64,000 nt of DNA from the NCBI GenBank assembly GCA_965662895.1, contig CBFIJH010000005.1:79458-143457 (forward strand), in the 5' to 3' direction. Positions 47,701 through 54,883 of this stretch are shown here, piece after piece. The notes below the pieces were generated by a model. The model did not search any database. It worked only from the letters and a program-made list of their open reading frames with translations, and was not told where the DNA came from. Both the position numbers and the translations under genes were made by a program. Positions within the stretch are counted from its first letter, which is position 1, and each line of letters opens with the position of its first letter. The DNA is from Candidatus Poseidoniaceae archaeon. GTDB lineage: Archaea > Thermoplasmatota > Poseidoniia > Poseidoniales > Poseidoniaceae.

Positions 47701-48172
47701 GCAAACACGTGCCATGCCTGCACGATCCACTCCAAAACCATCAGCAGGGCCATCAGGCCGACCACCGAACCGTGCAGCACCAGTTCGAGATTCTTCACCT
47801 CGTAAGACTGGTCCGACTGGTGGACCAAGCTCAGGCCCACCAGGCCGGGTAACGCCTCGTCGCGAACCTCCAGGGGGGGCGAAACCAGCGCAAACTCCTC
47901 CTGTGGCAAAGAGAACACCGGTTCAACAATCGGATGAAAATGATGGGGCCTCGAAAACTCCACAAAAGAAAGTCCGTAAAGCAAGGATAGAGGTTGACAT
48001 GTCCTTGTTTGAAGACTGGCAAGTCGACGACCGGGATGCTGCTGTCGCTTGGGTCCTTGACGAACTTTCTGAGGGTGAACAAGAACGAACATTGCTCATG
48101 CAGCTGCAAGGAACAGGTTGGTCTGCTCAACAATCGCGAGCAATTTATGATTTGGCTCGTAACCAACAATAA
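41741..48172 (+). CDS. 2143-aa adhesin-like protein: FG-GAP (integrin-alpha-like) propeller, further propeller regions, TSP3-like repeats, TM, acidic/Pro-rich cytoplasmic tail
   Basis: Signal peptide; FG-GAP units (GDLNGDGFDD, DDMNGDGHDD, GDLNGDGYGD, DDINGDGMDE, GDVNDDGYSD etc.); many D.D.DG..D..D.CP repeats from about 45.3 to 47.5 kb; TM FGGVLAATVVALLVFTIII. Confidence 0.88.
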   Translation: MREERTLFKSVLSTGLVLLMLVQLMGPIASQSLSSGPVLLEELEANYTLPNDLQHGHDFAGRTIDAEGISDLLVRQDSSIDMWMSEVLVTGNSGERSTPSVYLAENGSKYICWMNAQGEVHMGVYTSSGVFSDSIIDNVPTTHGIIGCSVVVDEAYRPLAIYADGANLSMARLAFEGQIYSSDTWLKRTIIENLHPQSMTVRVTDQGTEFAVVRTTSGELWQVNNSGLRWYHSLLDAGPVGEEFELKMDANGVANIAYTRAGEAVRLQVDGDVVTEQILVRDDSTHSAIGLDLDLNGLAQIATTSIDAGQTQLSIYKSLEDKTTGRLSSAAMHSHELFPDVVEGSAAYGDLNGDGFDDVVFTQPAASDSGLNNNGRVVILFGGNESFDSSAPTVLRGTQTSQGFGSGIAIGEFLANGNLQMLISSPGWDNTSRNDGLNHGLLSMYEWNQSQFDLIWSFSGNTEQMLGEDVSVVDDMNGDGHDDVVALQGNWTDGTTNGRLSVFEGSRDGFVWSHNITASTTGPFYGRSMSNGGDLNGDGYGDFVVSNSGDENSPTGRSALEVFYGSSNGLSLSSDKSIQRIQAGTLLGTVVEIVDDINGDGMDELLVQEFSPTGSPLYSGTVHLFMGNTSENFTEAPDWTSQGANNQRLGWTIASAGDVNDDGYSDTFIGSSMTYSPSGQIDLYFGSENGLVATPETIRTGSPNEHLGFVTLGGFDSNADGAIEFVYSTRNATRGTTFGVDMVTVSKQDFDTSQFTFDGDIRGLELATSNRGETVMMFSLNNSSEHSLLHLEHVDDGSPGGSWVTETLGKSSSSYQFQFDVTPSGQPVLVMLDDTDGLVHSSTMSWTALHKDIRTFQDFGTYPASTIDANGDLHIVYSHNSIEKLYYSTEDPSSSDGWDTSEILSNSNLTAQPTIWFEGTDLHVLYRDANLDKIEHMTHTGGAWTSETELDSGYAVGIEHSAVQLSNGTTLVATTVNNSGTHELQVLDIDNDASTTLRTLSDETAEISMCMDTSNTIVLLSMDSNGILVTHERDASTESWSNVSMQQLGHLNGQTDGYDLACTQYGSSLIFAVQASVDALHERTNTGVWSSFGGHPISSEGGAWEIVSNGDGVSLLTTTPGSDSLRINMMHLNGRIEDRSIWSSHEMKNVYTNANFSANVDSNGTIVFGYLDSQDLDVEMLRLYTDSDRDLIFDRIDGMPTVGEQWYDQDDDGFGDNPTGPLSDDCPSDSGASYYLIQGCEDFELDGFADDIDACDTNKGRSIFDRYGCPDFDEDGWSNNDGNWIFGDRFQQNWKQSKDSDGDGIGDNYGVDCCDAIFGLSGIIEYSPGDKFPYNPRQYKDYDNDGFGDNDSDTLTGDFCPWDYGTSYRDRNGCLDSDGDGASDASNIGGYNWGIEQGADMWPTDPTQWADSDGDGYGDNGSIDATNPDSFPNNYAAAVDNDSDGHPDRWTDLWDDVNRTGDDDGDGIINTEDYCGDSNLSDSIDMFGCNTNVSLRNQSSDNPVAYNGGLVLDGCPFVFGTSTNPVPGCPDSDEDGWANTADDFPLDPTQHLDTDEDGFGDNPSGTNPDACPFQYGIEGGTGGDGCPLVSEDDADGDGVYDDLDLCPDTPVLETADANGCADSQLDDDEDGVSNLDDICPATVTDADVNSDGCSDEQLTKDSDNDGIVDINDQCPDSVPNPSAVDSNGCDENQRDSDGDGVVDGAPDQCPDTLPGLPVDATGCVDEDALDQDLDGDGYSGEYAFEIDEETGLRINQVGDAFPLDGSQWWDQDGDGFGDNDQGDVADFCPTEEGTSNKGTIYLGCPDLDEDGWADNIIDVFPDDSTQWFDSDGDSYGDNWGNPEWNQSREADWPGEYIEGANRGDKCPDSPSTNVNEDGCSKSERDTDQDGVNDLLDNCPEQPKGADGYDDGCPLPKSESENGETTILGMTTPVFGGVLAATVVALLVFTIIISRLRNRGYDFDDDDDDEDFFDDDEEDDDDDFFSSMQTRAMPARSTPKPSAGPSGRPPNRAAPVRDSSPRKTGPTGGPSSGPPGRVTPRREPPGGAKPAQTPPVAKRTPVQQSDENDGASKTPQKKVRKARIEVDMSLFEDWQVDDRDAAVAWVLDELSEGEQERTLLMQLQGTGWSAQQSRAIYDLARNQQ

Positions 48173-48231
48173 AGAACGTAAGCAGCAACCTCAAAAATAC
48201 GACACAATTGGCGAAGTTAGGAGGAGATAAT

Positions 48232-49761
48232 GTGGCAGATGATGTACTTGAAGGAGCAACGCTTCCTGAGGGTATAGAGGTCGACGATGCTGCTGCCTAT
48301 TTTGGTGTCACCGATTCGTCCGATGTTCTCCAACAAATGATGTCGATGGATTCCAAACAAGCCTTGTCGAAGGCCCTCGAACATCTCGCAGACATCATCC
48401 TACGCCCAGGTGAATTCGATTTTGAGGCTGCTAGCGAGCGTTTGCAATGTGAAGGTGGAGAAATTTACTTTCTCATTTTTGGGCATCTCAATCTCATGGC
48501 CCTTCCCGATCCTTTGCTGCAATTTGCTGGTCAACCAGATTCAAGCGGCGCATCAAATACGCCACATCCTTCCGCATCTCCTGAAATCATTGAGGCATTA
48601 ACGCCTCTGTTTGACCCCATGCAATTTCTGAAAATACTTGCAATCGCTTATGCCACCGGTGGTCAAAACGAGGTCGATCGGTACCATCAATCCATTGAGA
48701 AAATGATGGCGAATCCTTCTGAGAATGTCGAAGAGATGAAAACAATGGCAGAGGAACTCAAAAGTTCGTTGGATGTAGCCGGGCATGCTCTACCAATGTC
48801 GCTCTTCGCAAGCGAGCAAGCTCAACCGGCTGAAATCGAATTGGGAACAATGATGGTACCGAAGCAAGAGAAATCGACACCTCCACCTCAACAGGAACCA
48901 GAGAAAAAAGCCGAACCTGTTGTCGAATCCGAAGAAAAAGAACCCGTGGTCGAGTCTGTTCCATTACCAACGGAATCTGTGCCTTTACCGACTGCTTCCG
49001 TACCTCTACCCTCTGCAGATTCCGTTCCTCTCCCCCCAAAAGGTGAGCCAGAGGATGATACTGGATTCAAAAACGAAGTTGAAGTTCAGCATGCTGCTCA
49101 GGATGCATTTGCTGGCGCTTTTGGGTCTCAACTGGTTCCAGAATCAAAACCGACCGCTGAGCCGGACGAACAAGAAGTCTTGTCAAACGTAGAAATTGCC
49201 ACAGAATCCCAAGAAATGGTTCAGGAACTTCCCGAAATCGTTGAAGAATCAACAGAGCAGGAATGGGTCAGTGACGCAGAGCGATTTATCGCCGCAGATG
49301 TTGATGAATCAGGTAGCCTTTCGGTTGAAGAGTTGGCAGTTGCTGCGAATGTGACGATGCAAGAGGCCGAAGAATTGCACAATGCTGCAGATACCGACGG
49401 TGATGGAGAGGTTTCTCTCTCAGAATTTGTTTCCTCTGAGGCAGCACAAAAAATGTCTTCATTGCCCCGGCCTGTTGCACCAATCCGAAAGCCAATACAG
49501 GCGAAACAATCCCCTCAGCAGCAACAACCTGCACGTCAGCAACCACCCTCACCTGGTGTTGCTGCCCCTCAAATGGGTTGGCAGCAGCCTATCCAACAAC
49601 CACCCGTTCAACAACAACCTGTGGCGCCTCAACAACCATCAATGAACATCCAGCCAACAATCCGGTCAGGGATTCACTGTCGAGGTTGTGGCATTGGCCT
49701 CGATCCGAATTGGCGTTACTGTCCAGTTTGTGGAAACATGAACATGAGTGCGCATCGCTAA
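48232..49761 (+). CDS. Cytoplasmic protein with paired EF-hands, P/Q-rich disordered regions and a C-terminal zinc ribbon
   Basis: SD GGAGGAG + GTG; DVDESGSLSVEE and DTDGDGEVSLSE EF loops; CRGCG..WRYCPVCG. Confidence 0.82.
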   Translation: MADDVLEGATLPEGIEVDDAAAYFGVTDSSDVLQQMMSMDSKQALSKALEHLADIILRPGEFDFEAASERLQCEGGEIYFLIFGHLNLMALPDPLLQFAGQPDSSGASNTPHPSASPEIIEALTPLFDPMQFLKILAIAYATGGQNEVDRYHQSIEKMMANPSENVEEMKTMAEELKSSLDVAGHALPMSLFASEQAQPAEIELGTMMVPKQEKSTPPPQQEPEKKAEPVVESEEKEPVVESVPLPTESVPLPTASVPLPSADSVPLPPKGEPEDDTGFKNEVEVQHAAQDAFAGAFGSQLVPESKPTAEPDEQEVLSNVEIATESQEMVQELPEIVEESTEQEWVSDAERFIAADVDESGSLSVEELAVAANVTMQEAEELHNAADTDGDGEVSLSEFVSSEAAQKMSSLPRPVAPIRKPIQAKQSPQQQQPARQQPPSPGVAAPQMGWQQPIQQPPVQQQPVAPQQPSMNIQPTIRSGIHCRGCGIGLDPNWRYCPVCGNMNMSAHR

Positions 49762-50888
49762 TCTTCATTCGCCATGAACACACCCGAATCGGTCAAGCAA
49801 GAATCGTCCAACCAAACGGTAGGTTCTGCGAGTACGCCTGATACGTGAATTCCAGCGTGAGAACTTCCACCAAGTCTTGAATTGTCGCCAATTGAGAAAT
49901 AACAGCTTCCCATGTGTTTCTCGTCTTCGAGAACGTTTCCTACGAGGCGAGCAGCTGGATTCATACCAAATCCAAACTCGGCAACTGTCCAAACACTTTC
50001 TCGATCTTTTGCTTTCAGATTTTTAGCAACTTCTCCAAAAGATTGACGGATTGTTGCTGCAAGACTTCCTCCTTTAACGTCGATAACAGTCCCATCCTCA
50101 ACAATAAACTCAACCGGTTCCTCGATGAGTGTAGAGTCCCAAGAACCATCAATAACAATCGTCCCATTCATCGTTCCTTCTTTTGGCAAAATGAATACCT
50201 TTCCAGCAGGAAGATTGGTTAACATTCTTGGACGATTGCAGATTCCATTGTCGTCGAGTTTCCATTCGCGCCAGTTGACTTCAAAGGTAACATCCGTTCC
50301 AGAATCCGATTTCACATTGATAATCCGACGACGTCGCAAAAAGTTTGCAATGTTGGATATGCGACGTTTCACATCTTGGAAATTGGCGGTCATGCCTCCT
50401 TCTGTGTACAATTTAAAGGTCATACCTGGCATTGTTGCAACACGCGCACCATCCTTCAGAGCTTGGCGGACAGCCCTCGTGTGTGTGAGTGAATACTTTG
50501 TCGCAGCAATAACGACCTGTTGTTGTCGCATCAGTGCAGCAACGGGCGATGGGGGTTCCTCGCCATGATGGCGAGATTTTGGCATTACAATCAGCAAGAC
50601 TCGTTCGGAACGTTCTTGTGTGGCAATATGAAGTGATTGGCCAATCTCCGCAGTTGTTGGGTCACAAACGATGAGCACATTTTCTCCACGTCGTATGTCC
50701 ATACATGTTTGAACCACCATGTTGGAAATAGCGTGGAGACGCTCCTCACTTGTTGATGATTCGGAAACATTCGTCTCCACGATTTGATTCTCAAAAGAAT
50801 CCTCATCAAGGAGCGCGTTGATATCTTCGTCAACACCCTTTACGGTCTTCCCATCATCCTTGTCTTTTCGACGGAATGGAAGGACCAT
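49758..50888 (-). CDS. M29 (aminopeptidase T-like) family protein with degenerate metal ligands
   Basis: GENVLIVCD, HGEEPP..VA, SLTHT.A...A...GARVATMPG, GTDVTF, NLPAGK, GTIVIDGS, AEFGFGMNP, LEDEK, IGDN..LGG. Confidence 0.8.
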   Translation of the reverse strand: MVLPFRRKDKDDGKTVKGVDEDINALLDEDSFENQIVETNVSESSTSEERLHAISNMVVQTCMDIRRGENVLIVCDPTTAEIGQSLHIATQERSERVLLIVMPKSRHHGEEPPSPVAALMRQQQVVIAATKYSLTHTRAVRQALKDGARVATMPGMTFKLYTEGGMTANFQDVKRRISNIANFLRRRRIINVKSDSGTDVTFEVNWREWKLDDNGICNRPRMLTNLPAGKVFILPKEGTMNGTIVIDGSWDSTLIEEPVEFIVEDGTVIDVKGGSLAATIRQSFGEVAKNLKAKDRESVWTVAEFGFGMNPAARLVGNVLEDEKHMGSCYFSIGDNSRLGGSSHAGIHVSGVLAEPTVWLDDSCLTDSGVFMANED

Positions 50889-50984
50889 GCATTTCCATGT
50901 ACTCATCCATCTTCAATGTGTGGATTCTTTTGAGCAGATAAACCGATACGAGTCTTGATGAAGAACCAGCGTTGAGGGCGAACC

Positions 50985-52481
50985 ATGAGCGATATAGCGA
51001 CATTTGTCAGTCGATTGCAAGACATCCATCGAATCGGTAGCATCCAAGGGCATTTGGGCTGGGACCAAGAAACATTGATGCCAGAAAAGGGCGCTAAATC
51101 ACGGGGAGAAATCATGGCTTGGCTTGCCGCATTATCCCATGAAAAGGTCATTGATCCTGAAATGGGAGAATTGCTTCAACGCCTCGAAAAGAGAAACGAT
51201 CTTGATGAAGCCTCCCAAGCAAATGTTCGAGAATTTCGAAATCGATACGACAAAGCCACGAAACTTTCTGCTGAATTTGTTTCAGAATTTGCTCAAGCGC
51301 GAAGCGAAGCGCTCGTAGCGTGGCAGAAGGCAAGAAAAGAAGCAGATTTCTCAGCCTTTCTACCTCACTTGCAGACCCTCGTTGATTTAACTCGAGCGAA
51401 AATCGACGCTTACGGGTACGAGAATACACCTTATGACGCTCTTCTTGACGAGTATGAAGCGGGAATGACCGTTGATGATTATGACCCATTGTTCGAAGGA
51501 TTGCGTAAGCGATTGGTTCCTTTGTTGCAGAAGATTTTGAAAGCGAAAACAACCGACCCTGATCCGACACTACCAGATGGATTGACCTTTCCAGTCGAAA
51601 AACAAGAAGAATTTTGCACGAAGGTAAGCGAGCGAATGGGTTTTGATTTTGCTGCAGGCAGAATGGATGCGTCAACGCACCCCTTCTCAGCAGGTATTTG
51701 GCCAGGAGATACTCGATTTACAACTCGTTATGATGAATTCGATCCGTTCTCGTGTCTCTATGCAGTCATGCATGAAACGGGGCATGCTCTCTACGAGCAA
51801 GGTCTCGCAGAGGAGCATCGATACACTCCCAGAGGCGATGCAGTTTCTCTTGGTGTGCATGAGTCACAATCTCGTCTTTGGGAAAATCAAATCGGGCGAA
51901 CCCCCGAATTTTGGAATGTTGTTATGGATGAATTCAAGCTAGCATTTCCTGAAGCACCAGCTTGGGATTCCACCACGCTGAATCGTATTGCTAATTCTGT
52001 TGAGCCAGGGTTCATTCGCGTCGAAGCCGATGAGGTGACGTACAATCTCCACGTCATGCTTCGTTACGAGATCGAGAAGAAGATTTTCAACGAAAATTAT
52101 CCATTGGAGAAGTTACCAGAGTTATGGAACTCGATGATTTCTGAATGGTTCGGATTAACCGTTCCTTCGGACGATTTAGGGTGTCTGCAAGACATTCACT
52201 GGTCCATGGCAGCGTTTGGCTATTTCCCTACGTACACGCTTGGGAATTTGTATGCTGCACAGTTGCTTGAAGCAATGAGTGAAGATTTAGGATCAATTCA
52301 AGACTTGATTTCTTTGGGAGATTGGTCGCCTATGCTGAAGTGGCTACGTGAACGCATTCATGTCCGTGGGAGCGCACTTTTACCTGCAGACCTCATTGAA
52401 GAAGCGACGGGTTCTCCACCATCAAGCGAACCTTTCCTCCGATATGTTGAAGAAAAGTATGGGGCGATTTACTCACTCTGA
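50985..52481 (+). CDS. Carboxypeptidase M32 (Taq-type)
   Basis: WDQETLMP, HPF, HETGHALYEQ, HESQSRLWEN, IRVEADE, GCLQDIHW, GYFPTYTLG. Confidence 0.96.
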   Translation: MSDIATFVSRLQDIHRIGSIQGHLGWDQETLMPEKGAKSRGEIMAWLAALSHEKVIDPEMGELLQRLEKRNDLDEASQANVREFRNRYDKATKLSAEFVSEFAQARSEALVAWQKARKEADFSAFLPHLQTLVDLTRAKIDAYGYENTPYDALLDEYEAGMTVDDYDPLFEGLRKRLVPLLQKILKAKTTDPDPTLPDGLTFPVEKQEEFCTKVSERMGFDFAAGRMDASTHPFSAGIWPGDTRFTTRYDEFDPFSCLYAVMHETGHALYEQGLAEEHRYTPRGDAVSLGVHESQSRLWENQIGRTPEFWNVVMDEFKLAFPEAPAWDSTTLNRIANSVEPGFIRVEADEVTYNLHVMLRYEIEKKIFNENYPLEKLPELWNSMISEWFGLTVPSDDLGCLQDIHWSMAAFGYFPTYTLGNLYAAQLLEAMSEDLGSIQDLISLGDWSPMLKWLRERIHVRGSALLPADLIEEATGSPPSSEPFLRYVEEKYGAIYSL

Positions 52482-52781
52482 TTCATCGGACGGGTCATCT
52501 TTCGTCGTAGAACCAACAAGTCGGTTGATACGTTCGGTTAGTTCCATAATCGCATCGTTGAGGTCGTTACTGCGATCGTCTTCATGGTCGGTACCAAAGG
52601 TTGTTCCTAGGAGCGTAATCATCGCTCCTGAAAGCATCATAACTGCTGGCCAATAGATGTCTTCTGGAACCATTCCATCGGTTGCAACCATTCCTCCCCA
52701 GATAGCACCTGAGATGAAGATGATCAAACCAATCATCATTTGCTGATATCCTTGTCCAAGTTGTTGCTCAATACTGCTCAT
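52473..52781 (-). CDS. Small hypothetical 2-TM protein
   Basis: Two hydrophobic helices then a short coiled coil; fills the gap after pyrC on the same strand. Confidence 0.6.
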   Translation of the reverse strand: MSSIEQQLGQGYQQMMIGLIIFISGAIWGGMVATDGMVPEDIYWPAVMMLSGAMITLLGTTFGTDHEDDRSNDLNDAIMELTERINRLVGSTTKDDPSDESE

Positions 52782-52845
52782 GTTTCTCAGGAGAAAATTC
52801 TCCATCAACTACATAAGTGTGTATGGGAAAAACCAGGTTGATTGC

Positions 52846-54246
52846 TCAATTCCATGGTGCCATGAGGAGAGGCGAACCGGTTTGGCCCTCCTCGACCAAG
52901 ATCGAACCTTTGTCACCAGTTTTGTCGTTTCGCTCAAAGACTGGTATGCCTCCAACCACAGTAAGTGTTGGCCATCCGACGAGCTTTTGTCCGTGGAACG
53001 GACTCCAGCCAACCGTTGTCCATGTGTTGGCATCGTCAACCATGCGTTCGGTTGTCATATCCACGAGGGTAATGTCACCGTCGTATCCCTCCTCAAGTCG
53101 ACCTTTACCGATCATTTGGTAACATTCAGCAACATTGCTTGACATCCATTTGACAACCTGCTCAATGGTGCATGCTCCCCTTGAAGCATGTGTAAGCATG
53201 ACTGGAAGTGATGTCTCGACCCCTGGCATCCCACTCGGAGCCGATGGGAATCCCTTCGCTTTCGTTTCCAGCGTATGAGGAGCGTGATCCGTGGCAATGC
53301 ACGTAATCGTTCCATCATGAAGCCGATTCCATAACGTCTGCTTGTCTTTTTGATATCGAATGGGTGGATTCATTTTCAATCGTGTACCAAGTCTCTCAAC
53401 ATCTCGCTCATCGTAGGTCAAGTGTTGTGGCAAGGCTTCAGTCGTGATGTGGGCTTCGTCTTCTTTACCGTGCATTGAAGTAATTCCATTCAACCAGTCC
53501 GCCTCGATTCCCGATGTGAGATGAAGGATGTGAAGTCTGTGTCCTGTTGCTTGTGCATAACCAACGGCGCGTTTTGTTGCGATCAATGCGGTTTCATCAT
53601 CGCGCCACTCAGCGTGAGCAGCCATATCCGTTCGACCTTCAATCATCTTCTTTCGTTCAATCATCCGCGTTTCATCTTCAGCATGGACTGCAATCAAACC
53701 CGCAGTATTGCTGAAGATTTCTTCCAATGCATCGGAATCATTGACAAGGAGGTCGCCAGTTGAGGAGCCCATGAAAACTTTGATTCCGCAAATTCCGGGA
53801 ATTGCAATCGGTGCTTCTGGAGTTCCAACAGCCTTCTGTAATTCTTCAACATTGGATTCAGTAGCACCAATAAAGAAGCCAAAATTGGTGACACATCTCC
53901 GATTTCCAGTTGCAATTTTCTCATGCATTGATTGCAGTGTGGTTTGACTTGGAACGTTATTTGGCATGTCCAAGAATGAGGTCACGCCTCCACTTGCTGC
54001 AGCGCAGGAGCCCGTGTACAAATCCTCTTTTTCAGGCTGGCCAGGGTCACGAAAATGCACTTGTGGATCAATGATGCCAGGAAGAAGATGCAAACCAGTT
54101 GCATCAATGGTATGCACGTCTTCTCTTGATTCGATACCTCCTCCAGGAAGGATCTTTGTAATTTCACCATCTTCAATGAGCAAGTCACCAACAACTGTTG
54201 TATTCGGTAGAACCATGGTCGCATTTTGAATAAGCAAATCGGACAT
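52846..54246 (-). CDS. pyrC: Dihydroorotase (long amidohydrolase type)
   Basis: LLPGIIDPQVHFRDPG, GGVTSFLDMPN, IKVFMGSSTG, VHAED, HILH, KMNPPIR, IATDHAPH, SGMPGVET, GWSPF. Confidence 0.9.
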   Translation of the reverse strand: MSDLLIQNATMVLPNTTVVGDLLIEDGEITKILPGGGIESREDVHTIDATGLHLLPGIIDPQVHFRDPGQPEKEDLYTGSCAAASGGVTSFLDMPNNVPSQTTLQSMHEKIATGNRRCVTNFGFFIGATESNVEELQKAVGTPEAPIAIPGICGIKVFMGSSTGDLLVNDSDALEEIFSNTAGLIAVHAEDETRMIERKKMIEGRTDMAAHAEWRDDETALIATKRAVGYAQATGHRLHILHLTSGIEADWLNGITSMHGKEDEAHITTEALPQHLTYDERDVERLGTRLKMNPPIRYQKDKQTLWNRLHDGTITCIATDHAPHTLETKAKGFPSAPSGMPGVETSLPVMLTHASRGACTIEQVVKWMSSNVAECYQMIGKGRLEEGYDGDITLVDMTTERMVDDANTWTTVGWSPFHGQKLVGWPTLTVVGGIPVFERNDKTGDKGSILVEEGQTGSPLLMAPWN

Positions 54247-54289
54247 CTTCTATCATTCTCCGCTTATCGCACCAAGTCAATGAATGCTC

Positions 54290-54874
54290 TCATCTGCGCC
54301 GGGCGTTTTTTGGACGGAATGCATTGCAAACTTCTTCGTTGCAATCGATGTAAGGACCTCCAATCAGATCAACGCAATAGGGAACAGCTCTCCAAATTTC
54401 ATCTATTGTTTCCCGAATCGATTTTGGTCGTCCAGGAAGGTTGAAAATAAGACTCGAACCGCGAATCCCTGCTGTTTGTCTTGAAAGGATTGCAGTTGGT
54501 GTGTATTGAAGTGAAATCGCACGCATTTGCTCACCAAAACCCGGCATAACCCGATCAACAACTCGCTCGGTTGCTTCAGGGGTAACATCACGCTCTGCCG
54601 GACCGGTTCCCCCCGTGGTTACAATTACGTGACAACCCAATTCGTCAGAGAGCTCAATCAGTGTTGATTCGATTAGGGACTGTTTGTCAGGAATGCAACG
54701 ATAGTGCACTTCCAGTGGTGAAAGCGTTGCCTCGGTCAAAAACTGAAGGATTGCTGGCCCTCCTTCGTCTTCGTATTCTTTCGATGATGCTCGGTCGGAT
54801 GCCACAAGGATACCAATGGCTGCTTTCTCGCCGACTGAATCGGAATGGCCTTCAATGTAAGTGATGGCATCCAT
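54290..54874 (-). CDS. mog: Molybdopterin adenylyltransferase Mog
   Basis: SDRAS..YEDEGGP, TTGGTGPAERDVTPEAT, MPGFGEQMR, TAILSRQTAGIRG, NLPGRPKSI. Confidence 0.93.
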   Translation of the reverse strand: MDAITYIEGHSDSVGEKAAIGILVASDRASSKEYEDEGGPAILQFLTEATLSPLEVHYRCIPDKQSLIESTLIELSDELGCHVIVTTGGTGPAERDVTPEATERVVDRVMPGFGEQMRAISLQYTPTAILSRQTAGIRGSSLIFNLPGRPKSIRETIDEIWRAVPYCVDLIGGPYIDCNEEVCNAFRPKNARRR

Positions 54875-54883
54875 GGTGATGCC

